Source of the DNA: Armatimonadota bacterium
GTDB taxonomy: Bacteria; Armatimonadota; UBA5829; DTLH01
Direction: 5' to 3'
Assembly: GCA_029551395.1 (NCBI GenBank)
Contig: JAKPFN010000079.1
Location: forward strand, 9,278 to 73,277
Length of the DNA stretch: 64,000 nucleotides
Below the pieces are notes generated by a model. It saw only the letters and a list, made by a program, of their open reading frames with translations. It made no database searches and was not told where the DNA came from. Made by a program: the position numbers and the translations under genes. Positions within the stretch are counted from its first letter, which is position 1, and each line of letters starts with the position of its first letter. Of the stretch, positions 29,956 to 41,993 are shown one piece after another.

Positions 29956-32900
29956 CTACTTTCCCACCTTCTGTAAAACAGATTTATTTGCCGATGAAGC
30001 ACCGTTTCCACCTTTAGTTTCTTCAAATGCAGCGAGAACTGCAGCTTCATAAGTTGAACCTTCTTGCATTGCCCGTTTAATTGCAGCCAGCATCTGCTTG
30101 TATTCCTTAGGCATTACCTTCATGAACTTGGGCCAGGTAGATTGCCAATTGTCCAGCATATCTTGTCCGAGGGCGCTGCCTGTAAACTGAACGTGCCTTC
30201 TTATCATCATTCGGACTTCTTCGATTTCCTCGACATCATCGAGTCTGGAGAGTTCAACCATCTGCAGGTTGCATCGAGAAGCAAAGCTGTTATCGGCATC
30301 ATACACATAAGCGACGCCTCCAGACATTCCAGCAGCAAAGTTTCTCCCAGTTTGGCCTAATATAACTACTTTTCCTCCGGTCATATACTCGCAGCCGTGG
30401 TCTCCGACAGCTTCAACAACAGCCTTTGCTCCACTGTTTCTTACGCAGAACCGTTCTCCGGCAGCACCCCTAATATACGCTTCTCCTCCAGTTGCTCCGT
30501 AAAGTGCTACATTGCCTATGATGACATTTTCCTCTGGTGCAAACTTGCTTCCAGCCGGAGGATAGACAGCTATAATCCCACCTGATAAGCCTTTGCCTAT
30601 GTAGTCGTTCGAGTCACCTTCAAGGACCAGTGTTATACCGGATGGAACAAATGCACCAAAGCTTTGACCTGCAGAACCGGTGAAATGTAGTTGGATTGTG
30701 TCTTCTGGCAGTCCGGCTTCTCCATATATTCGGCTGATCTCACTGCCAAGCTGGGTTCCTACAGTTCTGTCAGTAGTCTTAATCCTCATTGTTGCAGTTA
30801 CTGGCCTACCATGCTCCAGTGCAGGTTTGCAGATTGGAATAATCTCTCTTGTATCGAGAGACCTTTCCAGAAGATTTGGCGGAGACGACATATTATCCGA
30901 TGATGCTGGTATTATCGGTTCGAGCTCACAGAGCAGAGCTGACAAATTCAATCCCTCAGTTTTCCAATGTCCGGTGGATTTATCTACTACCAGCCGGTCT
31001 ACCCGTCCGACCATCTCATCTACTGTTCTGAATCCTAGTTCAGCCATTATCTCGCGCAATTCCTGGGCTATGAACAGCATCAAATTGACTACATACTCAG
31101 GTTTTCCTGCGAAATTCTTGCGGAGTTGCGGGTTCTGAGTTGCAATCCCAGCAGGGCAAGTGTCAAGATGGCATACACGCATCATCTGACAGCCGAGAGC
31201 AATAAGTGGTGCTGTGGAAAAACCGAATTCTTCTGCACCAAGCAGTGCTGCAATGGCAACATCGCGTCCCGTCATCAGTTTTCCATCGACTTCCAACTTA
31301 ACGCGGTCTCTAAGGTTGTTCAAGCGGAGTGTCTGATGAGTTTCAGCGATTCCCAACTCCCATGGAACGCCTGCATGTCGGATGCTGCTGAGAGGCGATG
31401 CGCCTGTTCCGCCATCATAACCGCTGATCAGTATGACATCAGCGTGTGCTTTAGCAACTCCTGCAGCGATTGTGCCTACACCGACTTCAGAAACCAGTTT
31501 TACAGATATTCTAGCCTGCTTATTTGCGTTTTTGAGGTCGTATATAAGCTCCGCCAGATCTTCTATCGAGTAAATATCGTGATGTGGAGGAGGGGAGATT
31601 AAGCCGACTCCCGGTGTGGACATCCTAACTTTAGCGATCCACGGATATACCTTGCTTCCCGGAAGTTGACCACCTTCACCTGGTTTAGCCCCCTGAGCCA
31701 TTTTTATCTGGATTTCCCTGGCGTTTACCAGATAGTTGCTGGTCACGCCGAAACGGCCGGAAGCAACCTGCTTAATGGCACTACAGCGTGAATCCCCATT
31801 GTTGGAATAGAACCTTTCAGGATCCTCGCCGCCTTCTCCGGTATTACTCTTGCCTCCCAACCGGTTCATTGCAATAGCCAATGTCTCATGCGCTTCTTGA
31901 CTTATTGACCCATAAGACATGGCTCCGGTCTTGAACCTTTTTACGATAGACTCGACCGGTTCTACTTCATCAATTGGTACTGGAGTATTGGAAGGTTTTA
32001 GCGATAACAGCCCTCTAAGTGTACCTGTCTGATCGTTCATCAAGGCAGAAAACTGTTTGAATCTACTATAATCCCCAGTTCTGCAGGCAGTCTGCAGGGC
32101 ATAGATAGATTCAGGATTGAACAGATGATATTCGCCGTTTCTGCGCCATTTGACTGCACCGGTGGAGTCCAATGTATGGTCCTGGCCGTTTCTCTTTGTA
32201 AACGCATTTTTGTGTCTTGTTAGAGTCTCACGTGCAATTCCATCGATATCGATACCGCCTATTCTCGAAGGAGTCCATGTGAAGTATTTCTCGATCACAG
32301 ACTTGCCGATTCCAAGCGCTTCAAAGGTCTGAGCGCCGCGGTAGCTCTGGATTGTTGAAATGCCCATCTTGGACATCGTTTTCACTATGCCTTTTACCAG
32401 CGATTTGGTATAGTTACTGACAGCATCCTCAACCGATATTCCTTCGATGAGTCCCTGGCGGACCATATCTTCGATTGTTTCGATAGCAAGATACGGATTG
32501 AGCGCACCAAGCCCGTAACCTATCAACAGTGCTACATGATGGACTTCTCTAGGTTCTCCGGATTCAAGAACAATGCCTACTTTGGTTCGAGTCTCAGCAC
32601 GGATCAAGTGGTGATGAAGTCCCGCAACTGCCAGAAGCGCCGGGATTGGAGCTTTATCTTCAGAAACTCCCCGGTCACTGAGAATAATGATATTAGCACC
32701 TGCCTCTATCGCTGCATCTGCTGAAGAGAATAACTCATCGAGTGCTTTTTCCAGACCAGCACCGCCTTCTTCTGGATTGAATAAGATTGGTAGCGTTACA
32801 GATTTAAACCCAGGCAGGTTAACATTTCGCAGTTTTTCCAGTTCTTCGTTTGTAATAATGGGGCTGTCCAGTGCAATCTGGCGGCAGCTTTCCGGTTTAG

Positions 32901-34557
32901 TGTCAAGCAGATTTCTTTCAGGGCCGATAGTAGTCCTAACAGATGTAACAATGCTTTCTCTGATGGCATCTATCGGAGGATTTGTTACTTGAGCAAATAG
33001 CTGCTTGAAATAGTTGTAAAGAAGCTGCGGCTTATCCGAGAGCACTGCAAGCGGTGTATCGCATCCCATCGAACTGATAGGCTCCTCACCGTTTCGCGCC
33101 ATCGGCTCTAGAATCATCCGCAGGTCATCGTATGTGTATCCGAATGTTTGCTGTCGGCTGACCAGGTCAATTGTCTCAGACTCAATAGTCTTTTGTGACG
33201 TAGATATATCTCGAAGTAAAACTAGATTATCATCCAACCATTTACGATATGGATACTTGCTGGATATTTGCTTTTTGATCTCTTCGTTGCTTATAATCCT
33301 GCCTTCAGAAGTATCGACGAGCAGCATATTCCCCGGTTGAAGCCGTCCTTTGGTTGTTACCTGTTCTGGGTGGATGTCCAGTACACCGACTTCTGATGCC
33401 ATAACCACTGTATCATCGTCAAGAACGTAATATCTGGAAGGCCGAAGACCGTTTCTATCAAGAACAGCGCCGACTATTGTGCCATCGGTAAAAGCAATTG
33501 CAGCAGGACCGTCCCAAGGCTCCATCAGACAACTGTGGTACTCATAGAATGCTTTAAGCTGCTCATCCATGCTGTTATGACCGAGCCAAGGCTCAGGAAC
33601 CATCATCATAATGGCATGAGGAAGCGACCTGCCTGATTGCACAAGCAGCTCAAGGCAGTTGTCGAACATGGATGAATCGCTGCCATCTAAATCTATGACC
33701 GGCAGGAGCTTTTTGATGTCTTCTCCGAACGCATCAGAAGCAAATAGCGCTTGTCTGGCCCTCATCCAGTTGACGTTAGCCCTGAGGGTGTTGATTTCAC
33801 CGTTGTGCATTATGTAACGGTATGGATGCGCCCTTTCCCAGCTTGGAAATGTATTCGTGCTGAACCTGGAATGAACAAGTGCAATTGCTGATTCGACCCT
33901 GGAGTCCCACAATTCAACGTAGAACTGACCAAGTTGCTTTGGTGTCAGCATTCCCTTGTATACGATTGTCTTTGAAGACAGGCTGGAGATGTAGAAATAG
34001 TTGTTCTCGCCTCCAATCTGCATTTCAAGCTCAGCTCTTCTGCGGATTACAAACAGTTTGCGCTCAAATTCTGTTTGGTCTGCAGTTTTTTCGCCTCTGG
34101 CTATAAACACCTGCCTGACAAGTGGCTCATATTTTCGCGCTGTAAGGCCAAGAGTAAGGCTTTCAGTATGAACAGTCCTCCATCCAAGCAGTTGCTGACC
34201 TTCTTCTGCTACAATCTCCTCGAATCTCTTTTCACATTCGCCTCTTTGAGCAGGAAAAGGTGGAAGAAAGACCATTCCAACCGCATAATCTCCAGCAGGT
34301 GGAAGTGTCATATCAGGATATCTTGCTCTAAGATAACGATCAGGGATTTGCAGGAGGATTCCTGCGCCATCTCCTGTGTTCTCTTCGGAGCCACGCGCAC
34401 CGCGATGATCCAGGTTCTCCAATATTTGCAGAGCCTGCGAAATTATGTCATGAGACTTGATGCCTTTTATATTTGCGACAAACCCAATACCACAGGCGTC
34501 ATGTTCAAATTCAGGGTCATACAGTCCTTGTTTCGATGGCATTCCATCAGATATCAT
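29956..34557 (-). CDS. gltB: Glutamate synthase large (alpha) subunit
   Basis: 1533 aa. N-terminal Ntn amidotransferase CGIGFVA, FMN/Fe-S central domain, and a C-terminal GXXGG repeat domain. Confidence 0.92.
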   Translation of the reverse strand: MISDGMPSKQGLYDPEFEHDACGIGFVANIKGIKSHDIISQALQILENLDHRGARGSEENTGDGAGILLQIPDRYLRARYPDMTLPPAGDYAVGMVFLPPFPAQRGECEKRFEEIVAEEGQQLLGWRTVHTESLTLGLTARKYEPLVRQVFIARGEKTADQTEFERKLFVIRRRAELEMQIGGENNYFYISSLSSKTIVYKGMLTPKQLGQFYVELWDSRVESAIALVHSRFSTNTFPSWERAHPYRYIMHNGEINTLRANVNWMRARQALFASDAFGEDIKKLLPVIDLDGSDSSMFDNCLELLVQSGRSLPHAIMMMVPEPWLGHNSMDEQLKAFYEYHSCLMEPWDGPAAIAFTDGTIVGAVLDRNGLRPSRYYVLDDDTVVMASEVGVLDIHPEQVTTKGRLQPGNMLLVDTSEGRIISNEEIKKQISSKYPYRKWLDDNLVLLRDISTSQKTIESETIDLVSRQQTFGYTYDDLRMILEPMARNGEEPISSMGCDTPLAVLSDKPQLLYNYFKQLFAQVTNPPIDAIRESIVTSVRTTIGPERNLLDTKPESCRQIALDSPIITNEELEKLRNVNLPGFKSVTLPILFNPEEGGAGLEKALDELFSSADAAIEAGANIIILSDRGVSEDKAPIPALLAVAGLHHHLIRAETRTKVGIVLESGEPREVHHVALLIGYGLGALNPYLAIETIEDMVRQGLIEGISVEDAVSNYTKSLVKGIVKTMSKMGISTIQSYRGAQTFEALGIGKSVIEKYFTWTPSRIGGIDIDGIARETLTRHKNAFTKRNGQDHTLDSTGAVKWRRNGEYHLFNPESIYALQTACRTGDYSRFKQFSALMNDQTGTLRGLLSLKPSNTPVPIDEVEPVESIVKRFKTGAMSYGSISQEAHETLAIAMNRLGGKSNTGEGGEDPERFYSNNGDSRCSAIKQVASGRFGVTSNYLVNAREIQIKMAQGAKPGEGGQLPGSKVYPWIAKVRMSTPGVGLISPPPHHDIYSIEDLAELIYDLKNANKQARISVKLVSEVGVGTIAAGVAKAHADVILISGYDGGTGASPLSSIRHAGVPWELGIAETHQTLRLNNLRDRVKLEVDGKLMTGRDVAIAALLGAEEFGFSTAPLIALGCQMMRVCHLDTCPAGIATQNPQLRKNFAGKPEYVVNLMLFIAQELREIMAELGFRTVDEMVGRVDRLVVDKSTGHWKTEGLNLSALLCELEPIIPASSDNMSSPPNLLERSLDTREIIPICKPALEHGRPVTATMRIKTTDRTVGTQLGSEISRIYGEAGLPEDTIQLHFTGSAGQSFGAFVPSGITLVLEGDSNDYIGKGLSGGIIAVYPPAGSKFAPEENVIIGNVALYGATGGEAYIRGAAGERFCVRNSGAKAVVEAVGDHGCEYMTGGKVVILGQTGRNFAAGMSGGVAYVYDADNSFASRCNLQMVELSRLDDVEEIEEVRMMIRRHVQFTGSALGQDMLDNWQSTWPKFMKVMPKEYKQMLAAIKRAMQEGSTYEAAVLAAFEETKGGNGASSANKSVLQKVGK

Positions 34558-34874
34558 GCGGCAACCTTCCTGTTCTGGTTCTTATTAGAAAGCGCGGCTG
34601 ACGTAAGGAAACACGACTTTGTGTGCGGAGATAAAGAGGTGATAATAAAGGCCCCATCAAGCGGCGATGGAGCCTATCGCTTCGTTGCAGTATTTACACC
34701 AGGCAGAACTTCGACGTTTCTACCACCGCGAACGTCAGAAGATTAGAGCACTTCTTGCTGATATATTATAACTGGCAAGGAGGATTTTGTGAAGACCCAT
34801 TAAATTCTCCAAGCGATAATACAGGTGGTGAAATATAATATCTATCTCTATATTTTATATTTAAAACTGGCAAG

Positions 34875-34903
34875 TTGACATTAGCTAAAAACAGGAATAA
34901 AAT
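34875..34903 (+). promoter_or_regulatory. Sigma-70-like promoter TTGACA-17-TAAAAT upstream of the CoADR fusion gene
   Basis: TTGACA at 34875-34880, 17-nt spacer, TAAAAT at 34898-34903. Confidence 0.45.
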
Positions 34904-35014
34904 GTTTATAATACTATACCCCCTAGGGTATATAGCAGGCAGAGGCAAGAGGCATTATCTCAAGTAGCTTCAACAGGTCAAAAATCAGAATCATTATATA
35001 ACAGGAGCAGAGCA

Positions 35015-37489
35015 TTGGCAGATAAGACAAGAATTGTAATAGTTGGCGGTGTTGCTGGAGGAGCCTCGGCTGCTGCGCGGGCCAGAAGGCTTTCTGAAGA
35101 TGCAGAAATCATCATGATAGAACGCGGCGAGCATGTTTCGTTTGCCAATTGCGGCTTGCCTTATCACATAGGCGGTACTATTCCTGATAGATCGCGTCTT
35201 CTGGTGCAAACTCCAGCATCATTATATGCACATTTCCGTATCGATGTTCGCGTCAAGACAGAAGTAACTGCAATTAACAGAGAGAAAAAGGAAGTCACTG
35301 TCCGAAATGTTGAAACTGGCCATGAGCAGGTAATTCCTTATGACAAATTGATACTCAGCCCTGGTGCAGAGCCTGTCAGAGTGCCTATTCCTGGTTCTGA
35401 CGATCCCCGTGTCTTTACTCTCCGCAATATAGCAGATATGGACGCCATCATCCGCGTGCTTGATGAAGAGAATCCGAAGCATTCTTTAGTCATAGGTGGA
35501 GGCTATATCGGCCTTGAAATGACTGAAGCGCTCCGTGAAAGAGGAATAGGAGTAACACTGGTTGAGTTGTCAAAGCAGGTGATGGGGCCTGTCGATTTTG
35601 AAATAGCTGCTCCGCTTCATCAGCATTTGCAGTTACATGAGGTCGATCTGAGGCTGGAAACTTCTGTTACTGAGATCACGAAAAATGAAGATATGCTTAT
35701 TGCTCAACTCAGCAATGGTGAAAAAATCGAATGCGGCATCGTAATAATGGCGATAGGTGTCAAGCCGGATGTCAGACTTGCTCGTGATGCTGGACTCGAG
35801 ATTGGAGAGCGCGGCGGCATAGTTGTCGATGAACACATGCGCACATCTGATCTTGATATCTTTGCAGTTGGTGATGCAGTAGAGGTCAAGGATTTTGTAG
35901 GCAGCTTCCCAACATTGATTCCTCTTGCAGGGCCAGCCAACAGGCAGGGCAGAATTGCTGCAGATAATGCCCTTGGCAGGTCAACTGTGTATAAGAACAC
36001 TCAAGGAACCGGAATCTGCAAGGTTTTCGATATGACTGTTGGCATGACGGGACTGAATGAAAAGTCTCTCAAGCGCATCGGCAGACAGTACGACAAGATT
36101 TATGTACATCCCTCAAGCCATGCAAGTTACTATCCTGGCGCCAGCCCATTAACTATCAAACTGCTCTTTGATCCTGAAGATGGCAGGATACTCGGAGCTC
36201 AAGCTGTTGGTTCGGATGGTGTCGATAAACGAATCGATGTGCTGGCAGTGGCTATTCGCGCCGGACTGACTGTCTTCGATCTTGAAGACATGGAACTATC
36301 ATATGCGCCTCCTTATGGTTCTGCAAAAGACCCTGTTAATTACGCAGGATTTGTTGCTTCAAATAGCATCAGAGGAGATGTTGCCCATTGCCACACAGAG
36401 GATATTTTGAACCCGCGCGATGATCAAATTGTTCTGGACGTTCGAGAGTCGATGGAAACAGCAACAGGAGCAATTCCTGGTTCAATCAATGTTCCACTTG
36501 ATCAATTGAGAGACCGTCTGGATGAACTGCCTAAGGATAAAGAACTGCTGGTTTACTGCCAGGTTGGCCTGAGAGGTTATATAGCCTGTCGTCTGCTTAC
36601 CCAAAAAGGCTTCAAGTGCCGCAATTACACGGGAGGAATGAAATTGTACTCCATGATAACAGGAAATTCTCACAATGCGCCTAAGCCTGTAAAGCCTGAG
36701 ATATGCGAGGATACAGGTCTCAAGTGTGCTACTGACTATCATGATAGTGCAAGGAGCGCTGAAGTTATAAAGGTGGTTGATGCGTGTGGTCTCCAGTGCC
36801 CAGGCCCAATCATGAGAGTATCCGAGGAACTGAAAAACATCAGAGAAGGCGAAGCTATTACAGTAATAAGTTCCGATCCGGCGTTTATGCAAGATGTTGG
36901 TGCATGGTGTCATTCTACAGGCAACAAATTGATAGATGTCGCTGCAGAAGGTGGACATTATAAAGCTACGATTGCCAAAGGTAGCGCGGCACCGCAGGTT
37001 TCATCAGCAAGTCCGTCCAATAAGAAGAAAACCATTGTAGTCTTCTCCAATGATTTCGATAAAGTAGTAGCCGCCTTTATCATTGCCAATGGCGCAGCAG
37101 CTATGGGTAGTGAAGTGACCATGTTCTTCACTTTCTGGGGCATCAATGTTCTCAGGCACAGGAAGCGTGTAGCTGTCAAGAAGAACCTGATCGAGAAGAT
37201 GTTTGGTCGGATGATGCCTCGAGGGTCTGACAAGTTGAAGCTCTCGAAGATGAATATGGGCGGAATGGGACTTTCAATGATCAAGGGAATCATGAGGAAA
37301 AAGAATGTGCCATCTCTGCCTGAGCTGATCAAGTCTGCTCAAAAAGCAGGAGTCCGATTGGTGGTCTGCACCATGTCTATGGACTTGATGGGTATTAAAC
37401 GAGAAGAACTTATTGAGGATGTAGAAGAAGGCGGTGTGGCAATGTATCTGGATAACGCCGAAGCCGGAAACGTGAACCTGTTCATCTAA
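35015..37489 (+). CDS. Four-domain fusion: CoA-disulfide reductase / NADH-dependent persulfide reductase + rhodanese + TusA-like + DsrE/DsrF-like
   Basis: IVGGVAGGASAA...FANCGLPYHIGG (CoADR active-site Cys); CQVGLRGY (rhodanese Cys loop); CPGP (TusA motif); C-terminal DsrE-like segment. TTG start with an AGGAG RBS. Confidence 0.8.
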   Translation: MADKTRIVIVGGVAGGASAAARARRLSEDAEIIMIERGEHVSFANCGLPYHIGGTIPDRSRLLVQTPASLYAHFRIDVRVKTEVTAINREKKEVTVRNVETGHEQVIPYDKLILSPGAEPVRVPIPGSDDPRVFTLRNIADMDAIIRVLDEENPKHSLVIGGGYIGLEMTEALRERGIGVTLVELSKQVMGPVDFEIAAPLHQHLQLHEVDLRLETSVTEITKNEDMLIAQLSNGEKIECGIVIMAIGVKPDVRLARDAGLEIGERGGIVVDEHMRTSDLDIFAVGDAVEVKDFVGSFPTLIPLAGPANRQGRIAADNALGRSTVYKNTQGTGICKVFDMTVGMTGLNEKSLKRIGRQYDKIYVHPSSHASYYPGASPLTIKLLFDPEDGRILGAQAVGSDGVDKRIDVLAVAIRAGLTVFDLEDMELSYAPPYGSAKDPVNYAGFVASNSIRGDVAHCHTEDILNPRDDQIVLDVRESMETATGAIPGSINVPLDQLRDRLDELPKDKELLVYCQVGLRGYIACRLLTQKGFKCRNYTGGMKLYSMITGNSHNAPKPVKPEICEDTGLKCATDYHDSARSAEVIKVVDACGLQCPGPIMRVSEELKNIREGEAITVISSDPAFMQDVGAWCHSTGNKLIDVAAEGGHYKATIAKGSAAPQVSSASPSNKKKTIVVFSNDFDKVVAAFIIANGAAAMGSEVTMFFTFWGINVLRHRKRVAVKKNLIEKMFGRMMPRGSDKLKLSKMNMGGMGLSMIKGIMRKKNVPSLPELIKSAQKAGVRLVVCTMSMDLMGIKREELIEDVEEGGVAMYLDNAEAGNVNLFI

Positions 37490-37608
37490 ACAGAATATTA
37501 ATTATTCACTTATCGAAATCAACCATCTCATAGGGGTTGAATGAGCAAGAGAAGAACGCTATCATGGGGTAAGAACATACATAGAATAGAAATAGGGGAT
37601 GAGCATTA

Positions 37609-38085
37609 ATGCCTGATGATAAACGGCTTGACTTGGATGTAAGCAGCGATTTCGACGAATTAAAGCGTAACCTGCTTGATGATGTGCAGGCAGCTACTGA
37701 GCTTGCCAAGCAGCGAAAGGCAAAAGATAAAGCTCGGGATGCAGAGCTTCAACAGAAAACAAAAGACCGGACTATAATGTATGCAATCGTAGCAGTGGCT
37801 GCGGTAATAATATTTGGATTGGCTTACTGGCTTGTTTTTGCTCGCAATAGTGAGTCTGATAAACCATTTGTACCTGCAGAAAAAAATAACACTCCAGTGC
37901 AGATGCCTGATTTTCGCAACACTACTACACCGTCAAATAATGCAACAAAGCAGCCGGGAATGCCTGCTCCTCCCAGGTCAACTGTGACTACGCCAGGTTC
38001 ACCTGTGCAGACTCCACCATCTGAGCCTGTCAGGCGAAATCCCAGTGAATCTTACGATGAAGGACCCTTCAACGGAGGGATGTAA
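37609..38085 (+). CDS. Hypothetical single-pass membrane protein with a Pro/Thr-rich tail
   Basis: ORF with one TM segment. Confidence 0.4.
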   Translation: MPDDKRLDLDVSSDFDELKRNLLDDVQAATELAKQRKAKDKARDAELQQKTKDRTIMYAIVAVAAVIIFGLAYWLVFARNSESDKPFVPAEKNNTPVQMPDFRNTTTPSNNATKQPGMPAPPRSTVTTPGSPVQTPPSEPVRRNPSESYDEGPFNGGM

Positions 38086-38091
38086 TTTTTA

Positions 38092-38120
38092 AGCCCATCT
38101 GAAAAATGATCAGATGGGCT
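38092..38120. terminator. Bidirectional intrinsic terminator hairpin (AGCCCATCTGA-n7-TCAGATGGGCT) between convergent genes
   Basis: 11-bp perfect stem flanked by an A-run and a T-run. Confidence 0.65.
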
Positions 38121-38159
38121 TAAAAGATTTCTAATTGCTTAATTCAAGCTATAGTATTC

Positions 38160-39074
38160 TCAATCACTCAGCACCTGAAAGAGTGTATAAAGCATAAGTG
38201 CAGCCTGAGAAACACTCTTAAATGAGATTCGATGCCGTTTTCGTGCCTCAGCTTCCGGGATAAAGACTACATCTCCGCTGTTTATCTTTGAAGATTGAAG
38301 AATTTCTGGATTTGATGCATCAACAGTTTGTGTCTGACTTTCGGATCCTTGTAGAGTAGATATCCTAATCTTTTTCAAGCCAGCTTTCTCCGTGATTCCA
38401 CCTGCCTGCTCTATCAAACCAGCCAAAGTAGCATTCTTAGCAGGCATAAGCACATAAGTCCCTGGCTTATTTACTTCTCCTGTAATTGAGGCAGTAAATT
38501 CGGGCACGGTAAGCACATCATTTGGCTCGAGCGGGAGAGTAGATGATATGGTGTTCAATCTGGCGCTTATTTGTTCTCCATTTCTGGTAACAAATGCCTG
38601 TGCCAGAGCTGCTGTTTCCGTTGCACCACCGGATACGCGGATTGCGTCATTGGCAGTCATCCCGGGCATCAGATCAAAGGTTCCAGGTTGCTTAACCTGT
38701 CCTTCTACACGGAAAGTCGCAGGTTTTACTGCTATGGTGTCTCCTGGTTCCAGGGCGATCTTTTCTTTACCTTCCAAGATAGACTTGATATTGAGTACGA
38801 TCTTTTCGTCGCTATTTGCGCGAGCCAAAATCGCACCATTAGGGTCTGCATTAGGAGTCGGACCGCCAGCTAGTTCCAACGCTTCTTTTACATCTATTCC
38901 CTGACGGTATTCAAAATCTCCCGGCTTATTGACTGCGCCAAGGACATATATCCGTTCGCCAACTGTATCCTGAGAACTTGCTGATAATGGAATAAAAGCT
39001 ATATTCAATGCAGTTAACAGGATAATGGAGATAAATCTAATTGATTTTGACATTGCTGCCTCCGAGGTAAACAA
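38160..39074 (-). CDS. Polysaccharide export protein (SLBB-domain, Wza-like periplasmic component)
   Basis: Signal peptide plus repeated SLBB-like segments (VLGAVNKPGDFEY; VEGQVKQPGTFDL; ITGEVNKPGTYVL). Confidence 0.75.
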   Translation of the reverse strand: MFTSEAAMSKSIRFISIILLTALNIAFIPLSASSQDTVGERIYVLGAVNKPGDFEYRQGIDVKEALELAGGPTPNADPNGAILARANSDEKIVLNIKSILEGKEKIALEPGDTIAVKPATFRVEGQVKQPGTFDLMPGMTANDAIRVSGGATETAALAQAFVTRNGEQISARLNTISSTLPLEPNDVLTVPEFTASITGEVNKPGTYVLMPAKNATLAGLIEQAGGITEKAGLKKIRISTLQGSESQTQTVDASNPEILQSSKINSGDVVFIPEAEARKRHRISFKSVSQAALMLYTLFQVLSD

Positions 39075-39189
39075 TCAGTTGTTTTATATCATAACAGAGG
39101 AATTAGCGCAATGTTGATACCATCATGAAGAAATGGTATTATCAGAAGTCTATGCTGACATTCAACTCCAACAATGATAAGATATTGCA

Positions 39190-40920
39190 ATGATGACATA
39201 CGATGGTTTAGTTCTCGCGGCAGTGGTCGCTGAGTTAGGAAGGTCAATACAGGGCGGAGTAATCCAGCACATCAGGCAGCATAGCGATAGTGACTTTACT
39301 TTTGAAGTGCGAAGTAGAGGAAGAACCTATCGCTTATTCTTGTCAGTTAATGCCAGGTTCGCCAGGATTTACACTACGGCTTCCTCACAGCCGGTGCCTC
39401 AGGTTCCTCCGAACTTTTGTATGCTTTTGCGCAAGTATCTGAAAGGTTCCTTTATTAAGAGCATAGAGCAAGTAGGATTTGATCGCGTTTTGCGTATACG
39501 AACAGAGGCTCCTGATGGCAACCGAAATATTCTTATGTTTGAATTGATGGGGAAGCACAGCAATCTGATACTTCTGTCTGATTCTGAGATTATCCTGGGT
39601 GCTGCCAAATTTGTTTCAGCAGCAGTGAGCAGATACAGGCAAGTGCTTCCAGGCAGAAACTACATACCGCCTCCCGGAGCAGGAAAAGCTGACCCGATAA
39701 CCGTGATCAGGGATGAATTTAATGAATTATGGCGGGAAGGGCTTGCACAGGAAGTATCATCAGAGGATATAAAGAGATGGCTGGTTGCAGCTTTTAGCGG
39801 TATCGGCCCATTTCTGGCGGAAGAGATAATGCTCTGCGCTGAAAGCACTGATTCTGATGCTGTATGGCGTTCTTTACAGAGCTTAAGAGAGATTGTAACA
39901 ACTCAAGACTATGCTCCTGTGTTTATCACCAATGACCGTGGGGCTGCTTTTTATGCTTATCCGGTTCCAGTAGGCCAGTTTTCATCAGAAAACCAGCACG
40001 CGCGTTATTCAATAAACGAAACGCTTGATACGCTGTATCGTGACCTGATTAGAAGAGACAGATTTGATACCGAATTCAATGCTATTGAACTGGCTATACG
40101 CAGGTCTATAGCCTGGAGAGAGCAGTCGCTTAAAGATATACAAAAGGCCATTACAGAAGGTGGAAAAGCAGAACGTTACAAGCAGTACGGTGAGCTTATT
40201 TTAGCCTCTGCTGCTTCGATTAAAAAAGGTGAGACTATTGCCAAGGTTGTAGATTATTATAACCCTGAGATGAAGGAAATCGAGATTCCTCTTGATGAAA
40301 AACTCAGTACTCAGGAGAATGCAGAGCGATATTTCCGGCGTTACAGAAAAGCTATTGAGGGTGCAAATGCTGCTGCTGACCGGCAAAAAGAGTTTCAGGA
40401 AGAGATAAAAGAACTGAAATCAGCAGCAGAGAAGCTTCCATCAATAGAATCTATAGAAGACATACAAGCACTGCGGGAAATGCTTACCCAAAAGGGACTT
40501 CTTCGACCGGAACCACTTGCCCCGGTACCAGGAAAGCGAGAAGAACCGGAGTTTGGAACAGCTCGTATTCGTCGAGTTACATCAAGCAACGGATTTGAAA
40601 TTCTATACGGTGAGAATAGCCAGTCCAACGACTATTTGACCAGTAAAGTGGCAAAACCCAATGATTTATGGTTCCATGCCCGGTCTGTTACTGGTGCTCA
40701 TGTTGTTATTAGAACAGGAAACAGGCCAGACTTAGTGCCTAGATCAACAATTATGCAGGCTGCTGAAATAGCTGCTCGCAACAGCGACGCGAAACATTCG
40801 CGATTGGTTGCGGTGGATTATACCTTAAAGAAGTACGTGCGAAAACCAAAAGGCTCTCCGCCTGGATTCGTGCGTTATCAGCAGGAAAAGACTATTGATG
40901 TCGTGCCTGACGTAAAGTAG
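39190..40920 (+). CDS. rqcH: NFACT-family ribosome quality-control protein RqcH (FbpA-like)
   Basis: N-terminal NFACT-N pattern (LVLAAVVAEL...IQHIRQ). C-terminal NFACT-R (VTGAHVVIRT). Confidence 0.8.
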   Translation: MMTYDGLVLAAVVAELGRSIQGGVIQHIRQHSDSDFTFEVRSRGRTYRLFLSVNARFARIYTTASSQPVPQVPPNFCMLLRKYLKGSFIKSIEQVGFDRVLRIRTEAPDGNRNILMFELMGKHSNLILLSDSEIILGAAKFVSAAVSRYRQVLPGRNYIPPPGAGKADPITVIRDEFNELWREGLAQEVSSEDIKRWLVAAFSGIGPFLAEEIMLCAESTDSDAVWRSLQSLREIVTTQDYAPVFITNDRGAAFYAYPVPVGQFSSENQHARYSINETLDTLYRDLIRRDRFDTEFNAIELAIRRSIAWREQSLKDIQKAITEGGKAERYKQYGELILASAASIKKGETIAKVVDYYNPEMKEIEIPLDEKLSTQENAERYFRRYRKAIEGANAAADRQKEFQEEIKELKSAAEKLPSIESIEDIQALREMLTQKGLLRPEPLAPVPGKREEPEFGTARIRRVTSSNGFEILYGENSQSNDYLTSKVAKPNDLWFHARSVTGAHVVIRTGNRPDLVPRSTIMQAAEIAARNSDAKHSRLVAVDYTLKKYVRKPKGSPPGFVRYQQEKTIDVVPDVK

Positions 40921-40970
40921 TGTCAGACAAGGAAAGCCAAGCAGAGTCTTTTCTTGTCTGATAAAGGCAT

Positions 40971-41258
40971 TTACAGGCCTCTTGCTCTATTACTAGCCCT
41001 TACGTAGTCACGTAGTCCAGGCCCTCCAACACCCAACTCGCAGATAACCTCTCTAATTCCGGGCTTCTGCCGAAGAATACGAAGTATAACTTCTAATTCT
41101 TCATTGAGGTCATTGTCATGCCCACGGAGTTGTTTGATATAGCCTCTAAGGTAACAAACACCGTGCATTACCTTAACATCGACATTGGTAGCATCCACAT
41201 ATCGTCGGCTTATCTCCCGGCGGACCATTCGGGTCATCTCAGCATCTTCAGCAGGCAC
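40971..41258 (-). CDS. BON-domain-like small protein
   Basis: VDVKVMHGVCYLRGYI...EVIL pattern. Confidence 0.35.
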   Translation of the reverse strand: MPAEDAEMTRMVRREISRRYVDATNVDVKVMHGVCYLRGYIKQLRGHDNDLNEELEVILRILRQKPGIREVICELGVGGPGLRDYVRASNRARGL

Positions 41259-41618
41259 AAAATCGCCTCCCTTATAAATCCTTTACCTTAAGGAATTATA
41301 CCACAAGATACAACATATAGACGAATAACACAAGGATTGGTTTCCACAATGAGATAAATCTATAAACATAGATATGCTGTATTATAGTGCTCTGATAATA
41401 CATAAACCTTATAAGGCTGCTTATAACCTTTCGACGTTTTCAGAATGATTTTTGTTAACCTGACAAGCCCGCAATACTCAGTGGGTAATTCATGCGATAT
41501 CTCAGGTTATTATAGTCTATTCGTCTGTATGTTGCAGAATATTGAAGGTTGGGAATTATCAAAAGCAGTGGCTATATAGACGGTAGGCTAATGTAGAGAT
41601 AATTTTCCGAAAGGAGTT

Positions 41619-41993
41619 GTGGTGATGATAGCAAAAGACCTGATCAAGAGCATAACTGATAAGCTCTCAATGACAACACAAGTAAATGCTGTTTTTGGAG
41701 AGCCTCAGACGGTTGGGAAGAAAACAATTATCCCGATAGCGACTGTGAATATGGGTTTTGGTGCCGGAGGCGGCGAAGGTAAACAAGCTAAAGATAGTGG
41801 AGAGCCAACTCAAGAAGGCGCTGGAGGTGGCGGCGGCGGCAGCGGGTCTGCTAAACCATTGGCAATTCTTGAGGTAACTGAGGAAAGCACAAAGCTTATT
41901 CCAGTGATTGATGTTACTCGTATAGTTGTTGCATCACTTACATTCGCAGCAGTTACTACTTATCTTATTACTAAATTTCTTAGTAAACGATAG
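41619..41993 (+). CDS. GerW/YtfJ-family protein (sporulation-associated)
   Basis: VFGEPQTVGKKTIIPIATVNMGFGAGGG matches the YtfJ core. Carries a Gly-rich insertion. Confidence 0.7.
   Translation: MVMIAKDLIKSITDKLSMTTQVNAVFGEPQTVGKKTIIPIATVNMGFGAGGGEGKQAKDSGEPTQEGAGGGGGGSGSAKPLAILEVTEESTKLIPVIDVTRIVVASLTFAAVTTYLITKFLSKR

Noticed and set aside
30064-33340. Multiple plus-strand ORFs of 60-158 aa across the gltB region
   Set aside because: All are antisense to the intact 1533-aa gltB reading frame, and none has a recognisable motif.
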